A stretch of DNA of 64,000 nt from Heteronotia binoei (taxonomy: Eukaryota): positions 32,054,001 through 32,118,000 of the forward strand of contig NC_083238.1 of NCBI RefSeq assembly GCF_032191835.1, read 5' to 3'. The position numbers and the translations under genes are program-made. Below, piece by piece: positions 24,501 to 36,300 of the stretch (position 1 is the first letter of the stretch; every line of letters begins with the position of its first letter). Under the pieces are notes generated by a model. That model did not search any database. It saw nothing but the letters and a program-made list of their open reading frames with translations, and had not been told where the DNA came from.

Positions 24501-27500
24501 AGCTATCTGTGCTTTCAGCACGCTCATATTTATCAACCCTTTCATCCACGTCATTCCGCTGTGGTGAAGTTAACTTTTCTGTCACTTCTGAAAACTTGCT
24601 CTGGACAGTTTCCTCTGAGTCATCATCCTGAAAATATTTTAAAATTAAACTTTAAAAAACATAAAACTAAAATTATTTTTCATTGCAAAACATTTAGCGC
24701 AGTTCTGATTGAGTATTTCTACTGTTTAAATAATCTTTAATTTTCCCCCTTTCTAGTTGCAGCAGAAAATTATTTCACCATGTAATCTGCATGCCATGTT
24801 ACAGAAAGCTGATTCAAATGCTGCTGCAGATGTGTGGAACCCCAATCAGACAGAAGCAATTCACACTGCACCACTGCCAGAACATATGAATTATTCTACA
24901 GACTCCTCCACTAAACTGCATCCTGACTACCTTATTTTACAGGCAACAGAATGAAACTAACTCTCTATATTCCTATTAGCAATATAAGCTCTATGAAAGT
25001 GAGGTGAAAACTAGGGAAAGTAACACCATTCTGTAAGTATCACCAACGGGGATATTAAAATATTTAAAATTAGGTACTTTAAACATAGAGCCCCGTGGCG
25101 CAGAGTGGTAAAGCTGCAGTACTGCAGTCCTAAGTTTTGCTCACGACCTGAATTCGATCCCAGCAGAAGCTGGGTTCAGGTAGCTGGCTCCAGGTTGACT
25201 CAGCTTTCCATCCTTCTGAGGTTGGTAAAATGAGTATCCAGCTTGCTGGGGGGAAAGTGTAGATGACTGGGGAAGGCAATGGCAAACCACTCCGTAAAAA
25301 GTCTGCCATGAAAACATTGTGAGAGCAACATCACCCTAGAGTCCGAAACGACTGATGCTTGCACAGGGCAACTACCTTTACCTTTTTTTACTTAAACATA
25401 TAACTCAGTCGGCCCATTATACTTGATCAAGGGATTAGGAGCGGGCTGTGCTCTCCCTGCAAACCCCACAAACTCTTCCTGCTCTTCTCCCTCACAGCCC
25501 TAACCATTGTCACTCAAGTGAACTATGGTTAAACTGACTACATTTCATCCCTAACCAGGATTTTACAACCTGGTTGTAAGAGCAAACTTTGTTTTGGAGA
25601 GGAGGAAAGATCTGTAAACAAGAGAGCAGGTGGCTAGCAGGAAGGAGGGCCCAATAATGTCACCAGTTCCCAAAGGTTAAAGGGTGGTCCAGGTTGCACC
25701 AGCTCATGTTGTCCAAGAGTGTCTGAGGGAATCTTTAAAAACAAATGCAGTTTATAGTGGAAGTATGCCTAGATAAATTCTTCATCCTTTAAACAATACT
25801 ACAGTATGCATGCACACAAACAGCTGCTGTTATCATTAAACATAACTATCTCTTCCTCTCTGCCCTGGGCATGTTGTTGGTTCTCAGAACAAGACTTTCA
25901 AGACACAGACAGTGCATATCCTGGTGGTGGTGACAGGGCAGCAGTGAAGGAGAAACAATAGAGTCCTACTGAGGTGGGTCATCAGCACACACAAAAGCGG
26001 TGAGTGAACTGTCCCTGAAGCATACCTAAAGTATCTTCTTCTCCCCTTTATGGATTCTATGTATTTTTTTTCATGGAACTCCATTAAGTCTTAACCTCCT
26101 CGGAATGTACTTATTATTATTTGCAATTATTTTACCTAACACTGGAAATGCACCATCAGTTGAGATCAGAAAATTAGTGAAAAGCTGCAAAGAAGGGGGG
26201 AGAGTTGCCTACACACCGTTTAGCTACGAACACTATAGCTAAATGGACTTCTTTATTTGCTCAGAAAGATATTAGAACAAAGAAACAAGGGACTCTCTGT
26301 GCTTTGCCTGCTGGAAGGGTGTGTGGGGAGGGGGAGGTAGTTCTGTCATGCCACTAAGCCTGTCTGCAAAACAGCTTTTCAATTACAGGTTAACAATGCC
26401 AATTATAAAAATCAGAAGATCAGTGCCAACTATGCAGGCTTCTTACCACTGGACTGCAATGTACTGCTGGCTTATTGGAGAACATTACTGAAAATTCCTT
26501 AATATATAGATAATATGTTTCAATTTCAGAACCCAAAATCAGGAAAGTATTCAGTCCAAAATTATGTTTATTTTGCTATGTTCCAAAGAACCCTGAGTGG
26601 GCCCGTACACCATGGGTGGTCTGCCTCTTCCTTCCTGCTGCAGGCTCTTACAGCTCCCCCTTCCCTGACTGCTCCACAGGATGAGGAGAGACTGCAATTG
26701 CATACAACACAATGTGAAAGATTGCAGCTGGGCAGCAGGGAAGACGAATCAGAGTACCTGCTCTGGATTCAGAGCAATAATGGCCTAATTATGTAAGAGA
26801 TTTTCTGAGTCTAAGCCAGTTTTTCAGAAATTCTTGTATTATGAATTATTATCAAATTAAGTATTATGAATGCACATGGCAGATGCGGTTCAATGTGGCC
26901 AGGTGCAAAGTAATGCACATTGGGGCCAAGAATCCCAGCTACAAATACAAGTTGATGGGGTGTGAACTGGCAGAGACTGACCAAGAGAGAGATCTTGGGG
27001 TCGTGGTAGATAACTCACTGAAAATGTCAAGACAGTGTGCGTTTGCAATAAAAAAGGCCAACGCCATGCTGGGAATTATTAGGAAGGGAATTGAAAACAA
27101 ATAGACAGGTTGCTTACCTGTAACTGTAGATCTTCAAGTGGTCATCTGTGCATTCACACTCATGGGATAGTGCGCCTGCGCCGATCCCCGAATCGGTATC
27201 TGAAAAGCCCGGGATTTTTTCGCGCTCGGCGCCAATGGGCATGCGCAGGCGTCCCAATGCGCATGCTCACCGGCGCCCGCGCGGGAATCCCGCCAGTTCC
27301 TTCCTGACCGCTGGAAGCTCCTTACTGGAGGGAGACCGTCAGCAGTGGGGAAGGAGGGCGGGTAGTGTGAATGCACAGATGACCACTCGAAGATCTACAG
27401 TTACAGGTAAGCAACCTGTCTATCTTCTTCGTGGTCTCTGTGCTTCACACTCATGGGAGATTAGCAAGCAAAGCATACCTGGAGGCGGGAAGACGGTCAA

Positions 27501-30500
27501 CCTGAAGACACAGCTTGCAGCACCGCAGCTCCCAACCGAGTCCTCTGCTGAGCATGCACGTCCAGCGCGTAGTGCTTCATGAAGGCATGCGGAGAAGACC
27601 AGGTAGCCGCCTTGCAGACCTCGGAAAGGGACACACCCTTCAGGAATGCCACCGACGTGGCCATCGCCCTTGTGGAGTGTCCACGAACAGGTCCAGGTAA
27701 AGGCTTCTTTGTCAACAAATAACAGTTTAATCGTCTCAGTAAGCCACTTGGAAAGTCTTTGAGACGAAATCTTGGACCCTAACTTAGGGGCAGAGTAGGA
27801 GACAAAAAGCTGGTTGTCCTTACGAAAACCCCGTGAACGATTCAAATAAAACAGGAGGGCACGTTTAACATCTAACGCGTGCAACCTGCGTTCCTCATCC
27901 GAGGAAGGGCTAGGATAAAACGTGGGTAGCCAAACTTCTAAGTTAAGGTGGAATTGGGAAACCACCTTGGGGAGAAAGGTGATGTCCGGGGCTAAGGAGA
28001 CCCCTGATTCCCTAAAGGCAAGGTAAGGGTAGTCACAGCGCATTGCCGTGAGCTCCCCTGCACGACGTGCTGAGGTAATGGCAACTAAAAATGCAGTCTT
28101 CCAAGACAAAAGTTGTAAGGAACATGTCGCCATAGGTTCAAAGGGACGACGAGTCAACTTGTCCAGAACCAGAGTCAAGTCCCACAACTGTGGGGGGATC
28201 TAGAGGGGGGGGGGGTGAAGGCGGAACAGACCCTTCATGAACCTCTTGGAATGAGGGTGGGCAAAAACAGAGTAACCCTCTACTGAACCATGGAAAGCAG
28301 AGATAGCTGCCAAATAAACCTTGATGGAAGAGAATACCAGCCCCTCATCCACCAAGGCTAAAAGAAATTCAAAAATTGCCGAAAGCCCAACAGAGTCAGG
28401 CGACCTAGGGGAGTCAGCCACAAAGTTACTAAATTTCTTCCACTTCCTCTCGTAAGAAGCACGCGTGGAAGGCTTCCTGCTGCTTTGGAGGACTTGCTGG
28501 ACCCTGGTGGAAAAAGCTAGTGATCGATGAACCACGCTGTCAACTTCAGGTGAGGCACGCTGTGGTGGAGTACGTGCCCGCCCTGGGCCGACAACAGGTC
28601 CGGATCCGTCGGGAACTGGTAGAAGACCCCCCTCGACTGCTGGAGCAGGATCGAGAACCAGCTCTGACGGGGCCACCAAGGAGTCACCAGGATGCAACGT
28701 GGCCTCTCCTGCACTAGCTTGTGGACTACCCTTGTCAGCAGAGGCAAGGGTGGGAACATGTAAAGGAACCAGCCCCCCCACTGAAGTAGGAGTCCGTCTC
28801 CCAGCGAGGCTGGATCCGCACCCCCCCTGGCACAGAACAAGGGACACTTCTTGTTCTCCGCTGTGGTGAAGGCATCTAACTGCGGGTACCCCCAACGTTG
28901 GAACACCGGCTCCAGGAACTGCCATCGCAGTTACCATTCGTGTGGGAAAGCTCCACCCCTGCTGAGAGAGTCCGCCTGTATGTTGAGGACCCCCGGCAGA
29001 TGTGTTGCCTTCACAAAAATGTCCCATTGGAGGCACTCCGTCCAGAGATCCATTGCTAGCGAGCATAGTCTGCGGGACACTGTCCCCCCCTGTCTGTTTA
29101 TATAACACAGGGCAGTGGTGTTGTCTGTAAGTAGTGCCACAGTCTTCCCCACTAACAGAGGACAGAAGGAGCGAAGGGCGAAGTGAACCGCCAGCAGTTC
29201 CAAGTAATTTATATGGCACCGACTCAACTTCGGTGGCCACTGGCCCCCCACACATAGATCTTCCAGGTGAGCTCCCCACCCACACATGGAAGCATCGGTA
29301 GCGATAGTCACGGTAGGGGTTGGCAGATGGAAGGCAGCCCCTTGGCAGATGTTGCTCTCCGATCCCCACCATTGCAGAGATTGGAGAGTCCCAGGAGGAA
29401 TGGAGAACCTCTTGCGGAGCGAGTCTCTGAGGGGACGAAAATGGCGTAAGAACCATAGTTGCAGTCCTCTCATTCGCAGTCTTGCAAAACGTAGCACGCT
29501 TGTCGTCGCAGCCATCAGCCCCAGCATGCGCTGGAGCTGCTGGGCTGTGCCCCACTGCCGCCTTTGAAGAAGCTTTACCAGGTTGATAATGTCCTTTGCC
29601 CTCTGCAAATGAAGGAATGCTCGGTGTTGATCTGTGTCCAACAGAGCCCCTATAAATTGAACTGTCCTTGAAGGAGTAAGATGGGACTTCTCCAGGTTGA
29701 CCTGCAAACCCAGGATGTCGAGAAGACGCAGAGTGATGGCAATGTGTGTTGTTAATCTCTCCTTCGACTTCGCCACAAGAAGCCAGTCGTCGATGTATGG
29801 GAAGACAACGACTCTCTGAAGACGAAGGTGGGCAGCCACCACACTCATCAGCTTCGTGAACACCCGAGGAGCAGTAGACAGTCCAAACGGCAGGGCCCTG
29901 AACTGGAAATGCCAAGCACCCACTGCAAACCTTAGGAAACGCCTGAACGCAGGGTGAATGCTGACATGAAAGTAGGCATCCTAGTTTGCAGGGTAGCCAT
30001 TCTGAACTTCTGGTAAAGAATGAATTTGTTCAGACTCCGAAGGTCCATGATAGGCCTCAGGCCCCCGTCCCTTTTGGGGACCAGGAAGTAACGGGAGTAG
30101 AAGCCTCCTGTCCTGGCCTCCAGTGGAACTACCTCTATGGCTTGTTTCTGTAGGAGGTTGTTCACCTCCGCCAGCAGAGGTGGGGAAGGGGGAGTGGTAA
30201 CTACCACGGACTGGTTTGGGGTCTGAACGAACTCTATTTTGTAGCCCTCTTTTACGATGGACAGAGCCCACCTGTCTGTGGAGATCAACTCCCAGGCAGG
30301 CAGGAAAGGGCATAGGCGGATGGAAGAACCAACAGTGGGAGCGATGACGCGTGCTTGTAGGAAGTCAAACCCCCTGCTTCTGGGGACGAGCCCCCTTAGA
30401 CTTGCTAGAAGGTTGGGCCCCGTAACGGTTCCTGCTGTTACCAGAGTAGGAAGGTCGTTCTGGTTGTGTAGGCCGAGGACACCATTGCTCGGGGGAGAAC

Positions 30501-33325
30501 CTTTGGTAGGGCTTCTTGGCCCAGGGCTTAGGCCACTGCTTGGATCTGGAAGCCTTGGGGGTAGATTGGACGCCCAAATTTTTAGAAGTCTTGACACTCT
30601 TATCGAACTCTTGCAGCGCCGTGTCAGTTGTAGTGCTGAAGAGCCCGTCACCTTCAAAAGGCAGGTCTTCAATGAAGGTTTTGGTGTCTTGGTGGAGTGC
30701 CGTAGACCTGAGCCAGGAGTATCGCCGAATGCAGACTGCAGAGGTGATTTGCTTGGCTGAAGCCTCCACCATATGTTTCGCTGCAGCCAGTTGTTGTCTG
30801 GCCACAGCGAGACCTTCTTTCTGCAGCTTGGTTGCAGCAGCCCTCTTATCCTCGCTTAGAGAAGAGAGGAGCGGGGAAAGTTGTTCCCACACAGCATATT
30901 GGTACCTAGCCATGCAGGCGGCATAGTTAGATACCTTGATGCCGAGTGCCCCCGCTGAATAGACCTTGCGGCCCATTCCGTCAATCTTCCTCCCCTCCTT
31001 GTCGGGCGGAGAAGAGTGGACCTTCCTGGCTTTTGAGGAGGAGGAGACTACCACCGAATTAGGCCGTGGGTGGGTGAATAGAAATTCAGCCCCTGCCTCC
31101 TGGACCCTGTACATATGGTCCAGCCGTTTGGATGACACCGGAGTTGAGGAAGTTTGTTCCAGGGCTCTTTGACAACCTGAAGGATCACCTTAGTGACCAG
31201 CAAGGCGACCGCAGTGGACGTGTTCTTCTGCATTATGTCGAACACGTTGTCGTCCACTACGGGTTCTGGTTGGGTCACAGGCAGTCTGAGGGTGGCAGCA
31301 ATGCGTTTCACGAGGTCCCCATAGGACTTCAGATCCTCCGAAGGCGAAATCGGAAGATCCTCAGCCGTCTGGGAGGCCGGTGAAGGGTCTAAGTCCTGGG
31401 CTTCGTTGTCCGACTCCGATGACGAGGAGTCTTGATGAGCGGAGTGCTCCGACAGAATCGGGGTCGACTCTCGCGGTGGAAGCTGGACCGGCGGTGGTCT
31501 TCGATGACTTTCGACCGGGACTAACTGTCGATCCGGAGGGACCGACACCAACGCCTTCCGGGACCGGTGTGATACCCTCGACATGGACGAGAGCTCCGAT
31601 GCTCGCTCCCAGTCCTGGTAGTCTTCAGGGTACCAATGACCGGATTCGTATCTCGAGTACGGAGGTTGCCACCTGCGTTGCTCCCATGGTGAAGTGTTGA
31701 GGTGCATAGAATGGCTCCGGCTCACGCCTGTCTCGGGGCCTGAGAGGGATCGGCGGGACTATCGGTGCCGACGCCTCCACCTCCCAGGTCGATCCGCTGG
31801 CCGACCGTCGACGGGACCCGGAAGATGACGAGTGTTGGGTAAGATCGATCTCCGGCTCCTGCTCCGACAGCCGTTGCTGACTCACAGGGCTCCGGCGTGG
31901 AGATGCCATGAGCTTCTTCGGCGGTTTAGGGATCGCTGATGCCGATGCGCTGACCGACGGGGAAGGAGTGCGGGGTCGCTTCCGCTTCTCCTTAGATTTC
32001 GCCTTCTTAGGAGCTCGGGTCCCCGAGTCCTCTCGGCGCTTCTTAGCAGGCGTATCCACCGAGCCCTCGCGGGAACGTTTTGTGGAGCCACGCTCTTCCG
32101 GCAGTTCGATTAAAGTCAGTGTCGGAGGAGCATCGGCTGATGCAAGCTCCTGTGCCGGGGTGTCGGTCGATTTCGGTACCGATGATGACTCCATCGGTCG
32201 ATGAGGCCGAAGCGCCGATTCGGTCAACGCCGCCGATAGCCGGGCCGCACGATTTTTTCGGGTCTGCTTCGAGAAGTGGAGACAGTGCGGGCAAGTCTCT
32301 ACTCTGTGCGCTTCTCCCAGGCACAGCAGGCACAGGGAATGGCCATCCGGAGGGGCGATTTTCTTCCCACAAGCACGGCAGCGCTTGAAAAAACCCCAGC
32401 GACTTTCCATAGAAAGGGGCCGCACGTAAAACTACTCAGAACGGTCTGAGAGAAAAAGCGGGGGAAAAGTGAAGCGAAACACCCCGAGGGGCAGTCCGCC
32501 AGACAAACAAAGAACGCTTTTTTTTTTTTTTTTTTTACTAACACTAACTAACTATACTATCAACTACTAACTAACTAAGAACAATAAACGGGCTAATAAC
32601 GAGAAAAAAGGCAAAGCCAAGAATTCTCACCAACCGGGGAAACAGAAAGGTAAACCTCTCAGCGCAGCGGTCAGAAAGGAACTGGTGGGATTCCCGCGCG
32701 GGCGCCGGTGAGCATGCGCACGCCCATTGGCGCAGAGCGCGAAAAAATCCCGGGCTTTTCAGATACCGATTCGGGGATCGGCGCAGGCGCACTATCCCAT
32801 GAGTGTGAAGCACAGAGACCACGAAGAAGATCAGCCAGTATCATAATGCCCCTGTATAAATCGATGGTGCAGTCTCATTTGGAGTACTGTGTGCAGTTCT
32901 GGTTGCCGCACCTCAAAAAGGATATTATAGCATTGGAGAAAGTCCAGAAAAGGACAACTAGAATGATTAAAGGGCTGGAACACTTTCCCTATGAAGAAAG
33001 GTTGAAACGCTTGGGACTCTTTAGCTTGGAGAAACGTCGACTGCGGGGTGACATGATAGAGGTTTACAAGATAATGCATGGGATGGAGAAAGTAGAGAAA
33101 GAAGTACTTTTCTCCCTTTCTCACAATATAAGAACTCGTGGGCATTCGATGAAATTGCTGAGCAGACTGGTTAAAACGGATAAAAGGAAGTACTTCTTCA
33201 CCCAAAGGGTGATTAACATGTGGAATTCACTGCCACAGGAGGTGGTGGCAGCCACAAGCATAGCCACCTTCGAGAGGGGTTTAGATAAAAATATGGAGCA
33301 GAGGTCCATCAGTGGCTATTAGCCA

Positions 33326-33359
<34 letters not shown>

Positions 33360-36300
33360 TTTGCCACTGTGTGACACAGAGTGTTGGACTTGATGGGCCA
33401 TTGGCCTGATCTAACATGGCTTCTCTTATGTTCATTCATCAAAGGAACTGTTAAAACTGAAGCTGAAAAACCAATAACACTGTACCTGTGAATTGGTATC
33501 TTTCAGTCCATCTCCAAGAGATTCTTTTCGCTTTGACCGAGAAGGTGGCTGACGTTTCACTTTCAAAGCAAGCTGAGCTTTTGCTTTATGTGCACTGGTG
33601 TCTAACCTTGATGTGTCACCAAGGAAAACATCAAAATCTACAACAAATTCAGTGTTAAATTTTAAAAATTCCAGCAATGCAACTTCTATTGCTCAAGAAA
33701 CTTCACTAATACACATTCATATACTAGCATTAAATATTTTTAGGTAACCTGAATTCCTATAGCCAAAATACATCCACACTCCCACTGTATGTAAAATAAG
33801 GCCCAATGGTTGAATGTTTCATTCAGATGGAATCAGCTTACACTGAATTAGGTTTTCCTATACCTCAAGGTGCTACCTAACTCCTGACTCCCGCCCCACC
33901 CCCCGCAATGCGTATTGTACTATAATTGTAGAGTACAGGACAAAGGGACAATCCTAACTTCTGAATACTTAAGAGAAGACATACCTGCTTTCCCCAAAAC
34001 CTATTTTATCTTGAGTACATTTCATCAGTGAAAATATAACACCCTAACCTATTAATTCCTTCCTGTAAGTAACAAGATTGATCAGTCTCTAATTTAAAAA
34101 ACTGTCTCTAATTTATCAGTCTCTAATTTAAAAAAATTCTCAGTCTCTAATTTAAAAAACTGCATCATCTAGTGTCCAACAAGTATTTACTTTCTAGCAA
34201 TGCAGTTTACAGCTAATTTAAGAAATTAACAGTACAATCCTATACAGGCCCTTCTAAATCCAGTAAAGTGAACAAAAATAGAAGGGTGTAATTCTGTTAA
34301 GGATTGCACTGTAAATTACATCTTTTACAATGATAAGAAAGCCAAAAGAAGTGTTTAAAAACAATCACATAAGCATATTCCCTCTACTTACCAGAAAAGT
34401 CTAGTTTCTCCATTGAAATCTCAATTTCCTGAACATTCTCTTTTGCTTCCAAGTTTCCTGAACATTCTCTTTTGCTTCCAAGATGTTCAAGACTTGGAGC
34501 AGCAGCCTCTAAGCCATTCCCAAACACATAAGGGGCACCTTCATAGAGTTTTAATTTCTCTTCAAGTTCTGTAATCTAAAAGTATTAAAACACAATTTTA
34601 AAACCAAAACGTAGTGTAACCTACAAAAAAAGTTCAAAAGCCACCATGACTTACCTTCTCCTGCAATATTTTCTGTTGATTTATATGTCCCTGGTCTTTC
34701 TCGTAAAAAAGTTTTATATGGTCCTCCTCTTTTTTCATAAATTCTATTTCTCTGTTGGGGGAACAGACATAACCACACTGTGCAATTAGAAGAGTTTCAT
34801 CTTAGACTTAGAATAACACTCGATTTACGGTGGGATTCACACCAAGCCTCTGTCTGCCTCCTAACTTTCCCTTCTTTCAGTAACTTTCCCTATAAAAAGT
34901 GAAATATGATTTCTTTTTCATAGTATCGGAAAAAGTTAGCTGTGACTCATGAAAGATTATTCTGGAATAAATGTAGTTAATCTTAAATCGCCACTGGACT
35001 TCTTGTTTTATCTGAAAAGGAAAGCAGTTTTCAGTACTTTCAGTTCAAGTCCTTTAACTTCCATGCTCAAAATGATTAGCCTATAATACCTTTTATGTTT
35101 TTGTTTCTATAATCTCACAATGCAGTATTCCAACTATTCCAATATATGCAACCAGTTAATGCTTCCAAATTTCTAAACAGCAGATAGGATTGAGGGTAAA
35201 TGCACACCAATCACTTAACATTTCTTCCTGTCCTCAGCATCCTTTGCTTTCTCCACTTTCATCCCCACTCACTTTCCTTAACTGTCACCCTGTTCATCCA
35301 TGTTCTTCTGAAGCAACATTCTCTCCTCAGCAGATGAAAAGGTGGCCTCTTTCATACTGCCAAAGCTATTTTCAAGCATTATTCACCTGCTCCATACAAA
35401 AGCTCTGAAAACAAGTGTGACAAACCAACCTATATCAGGTCAGGAGGTTTTAAAAATTTACCAGCTTAACTTGACTGGCTTCATTTTTTTCTCTGAGGAT
35501 CCAAAACTTCCCTGTTCGTATCAGACTATTTGTCCTGTGTGCTGCTCTCCGCGACAAACAGGAAAGCATGATTCCCCATCTCTCTGATCAGCATGCTGAA
35601 AAAACATGTTGTGGACTTTGGCCGTCTGTTCCTTTCTTGGAATTCCTTCACCATCCACCCATTGTTGCTAGAGAGACCTTAGACATTCACACTTTACCCT
35701 TTTCCATTTGATCTTTTCAAGACCTTTCTAATTTTGAGTATATCTCAGCTATCTGCGGTTCCATAGTGACTGACCTGAGAGTCACTGTTTTCTCTGAAAA
35801 AAGGGAGAACTCAAGTCTCTTAGCAAGTTCACTTCTTCCCCTCCAGTTCCTGATGCCTACACAAACGCCTTGTTTGCCTGACACTACCAGATCCCTGGTA
35901 TACTATGGCTAGCTACATTTTAAAACCCTTTGCTATAGCTTGAAACAAGTAAAAACAATACAAGTTCTGGAAACCCTGGTAGGTATAGGAGATATGTTTT
36001 GAAAAATATTGTATTTTTCTATTTTTATGTTCTTTTGCCAATTTTATTTCTCTCTTTTAAGTTCTAATGCCACATGGAATCAGATTTCCTTTAAAATAAA
36101 TTCACATGCTAAGCCTTGTGGATTTCTAAATATAATAGTAAAGTCATTAAGATGGTGAAAGCCATGCATTGAGACTATGAAGGGCAGAAAAGGTTTTATA
36201 TATTAACAGGGACCCTCACTTATGCACAAAACCTGAACATTTCAAAAATTGCATCTCAACATCATACCCTCCCAAAAAACCATGGTGGTCATCTTGCAAG

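Larger units (their letters stand above)
27102..32830 (-). mobile_element. Full-length, decayed DIRS1-type tyrosine-recombinase retrotransposon (~5.7 kb)
   Basis: gag, RT/RNaseH/methyltransferase-like and YR frames; inverted terminal repeats; internal complementary region equal to the end-to-end junction; interrupts a CR1 ORF2 exactly, no TSD. Confidence 0.95.

Noticed and set aside
25088-25170. tRNA-like sequences (also 6062, 22907, 45076)
   Set aside because: They are SINE heads with A/B boxes followed by SINE bodies, tails and sometimes TSDs; no cloverleaf.
30257-32388. Several plus-strand ORFs over the DIRS element, and 12805-13299 over Penelope
   Set aside because: Antisense shadows of GC-rich coding sequence with no recognisable motifs.
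32708-33322. 204-aa plus-strand ORF
   Set aside because: Accidental read-through from the DIRS terminus into CR1 ORF2; not a gene.
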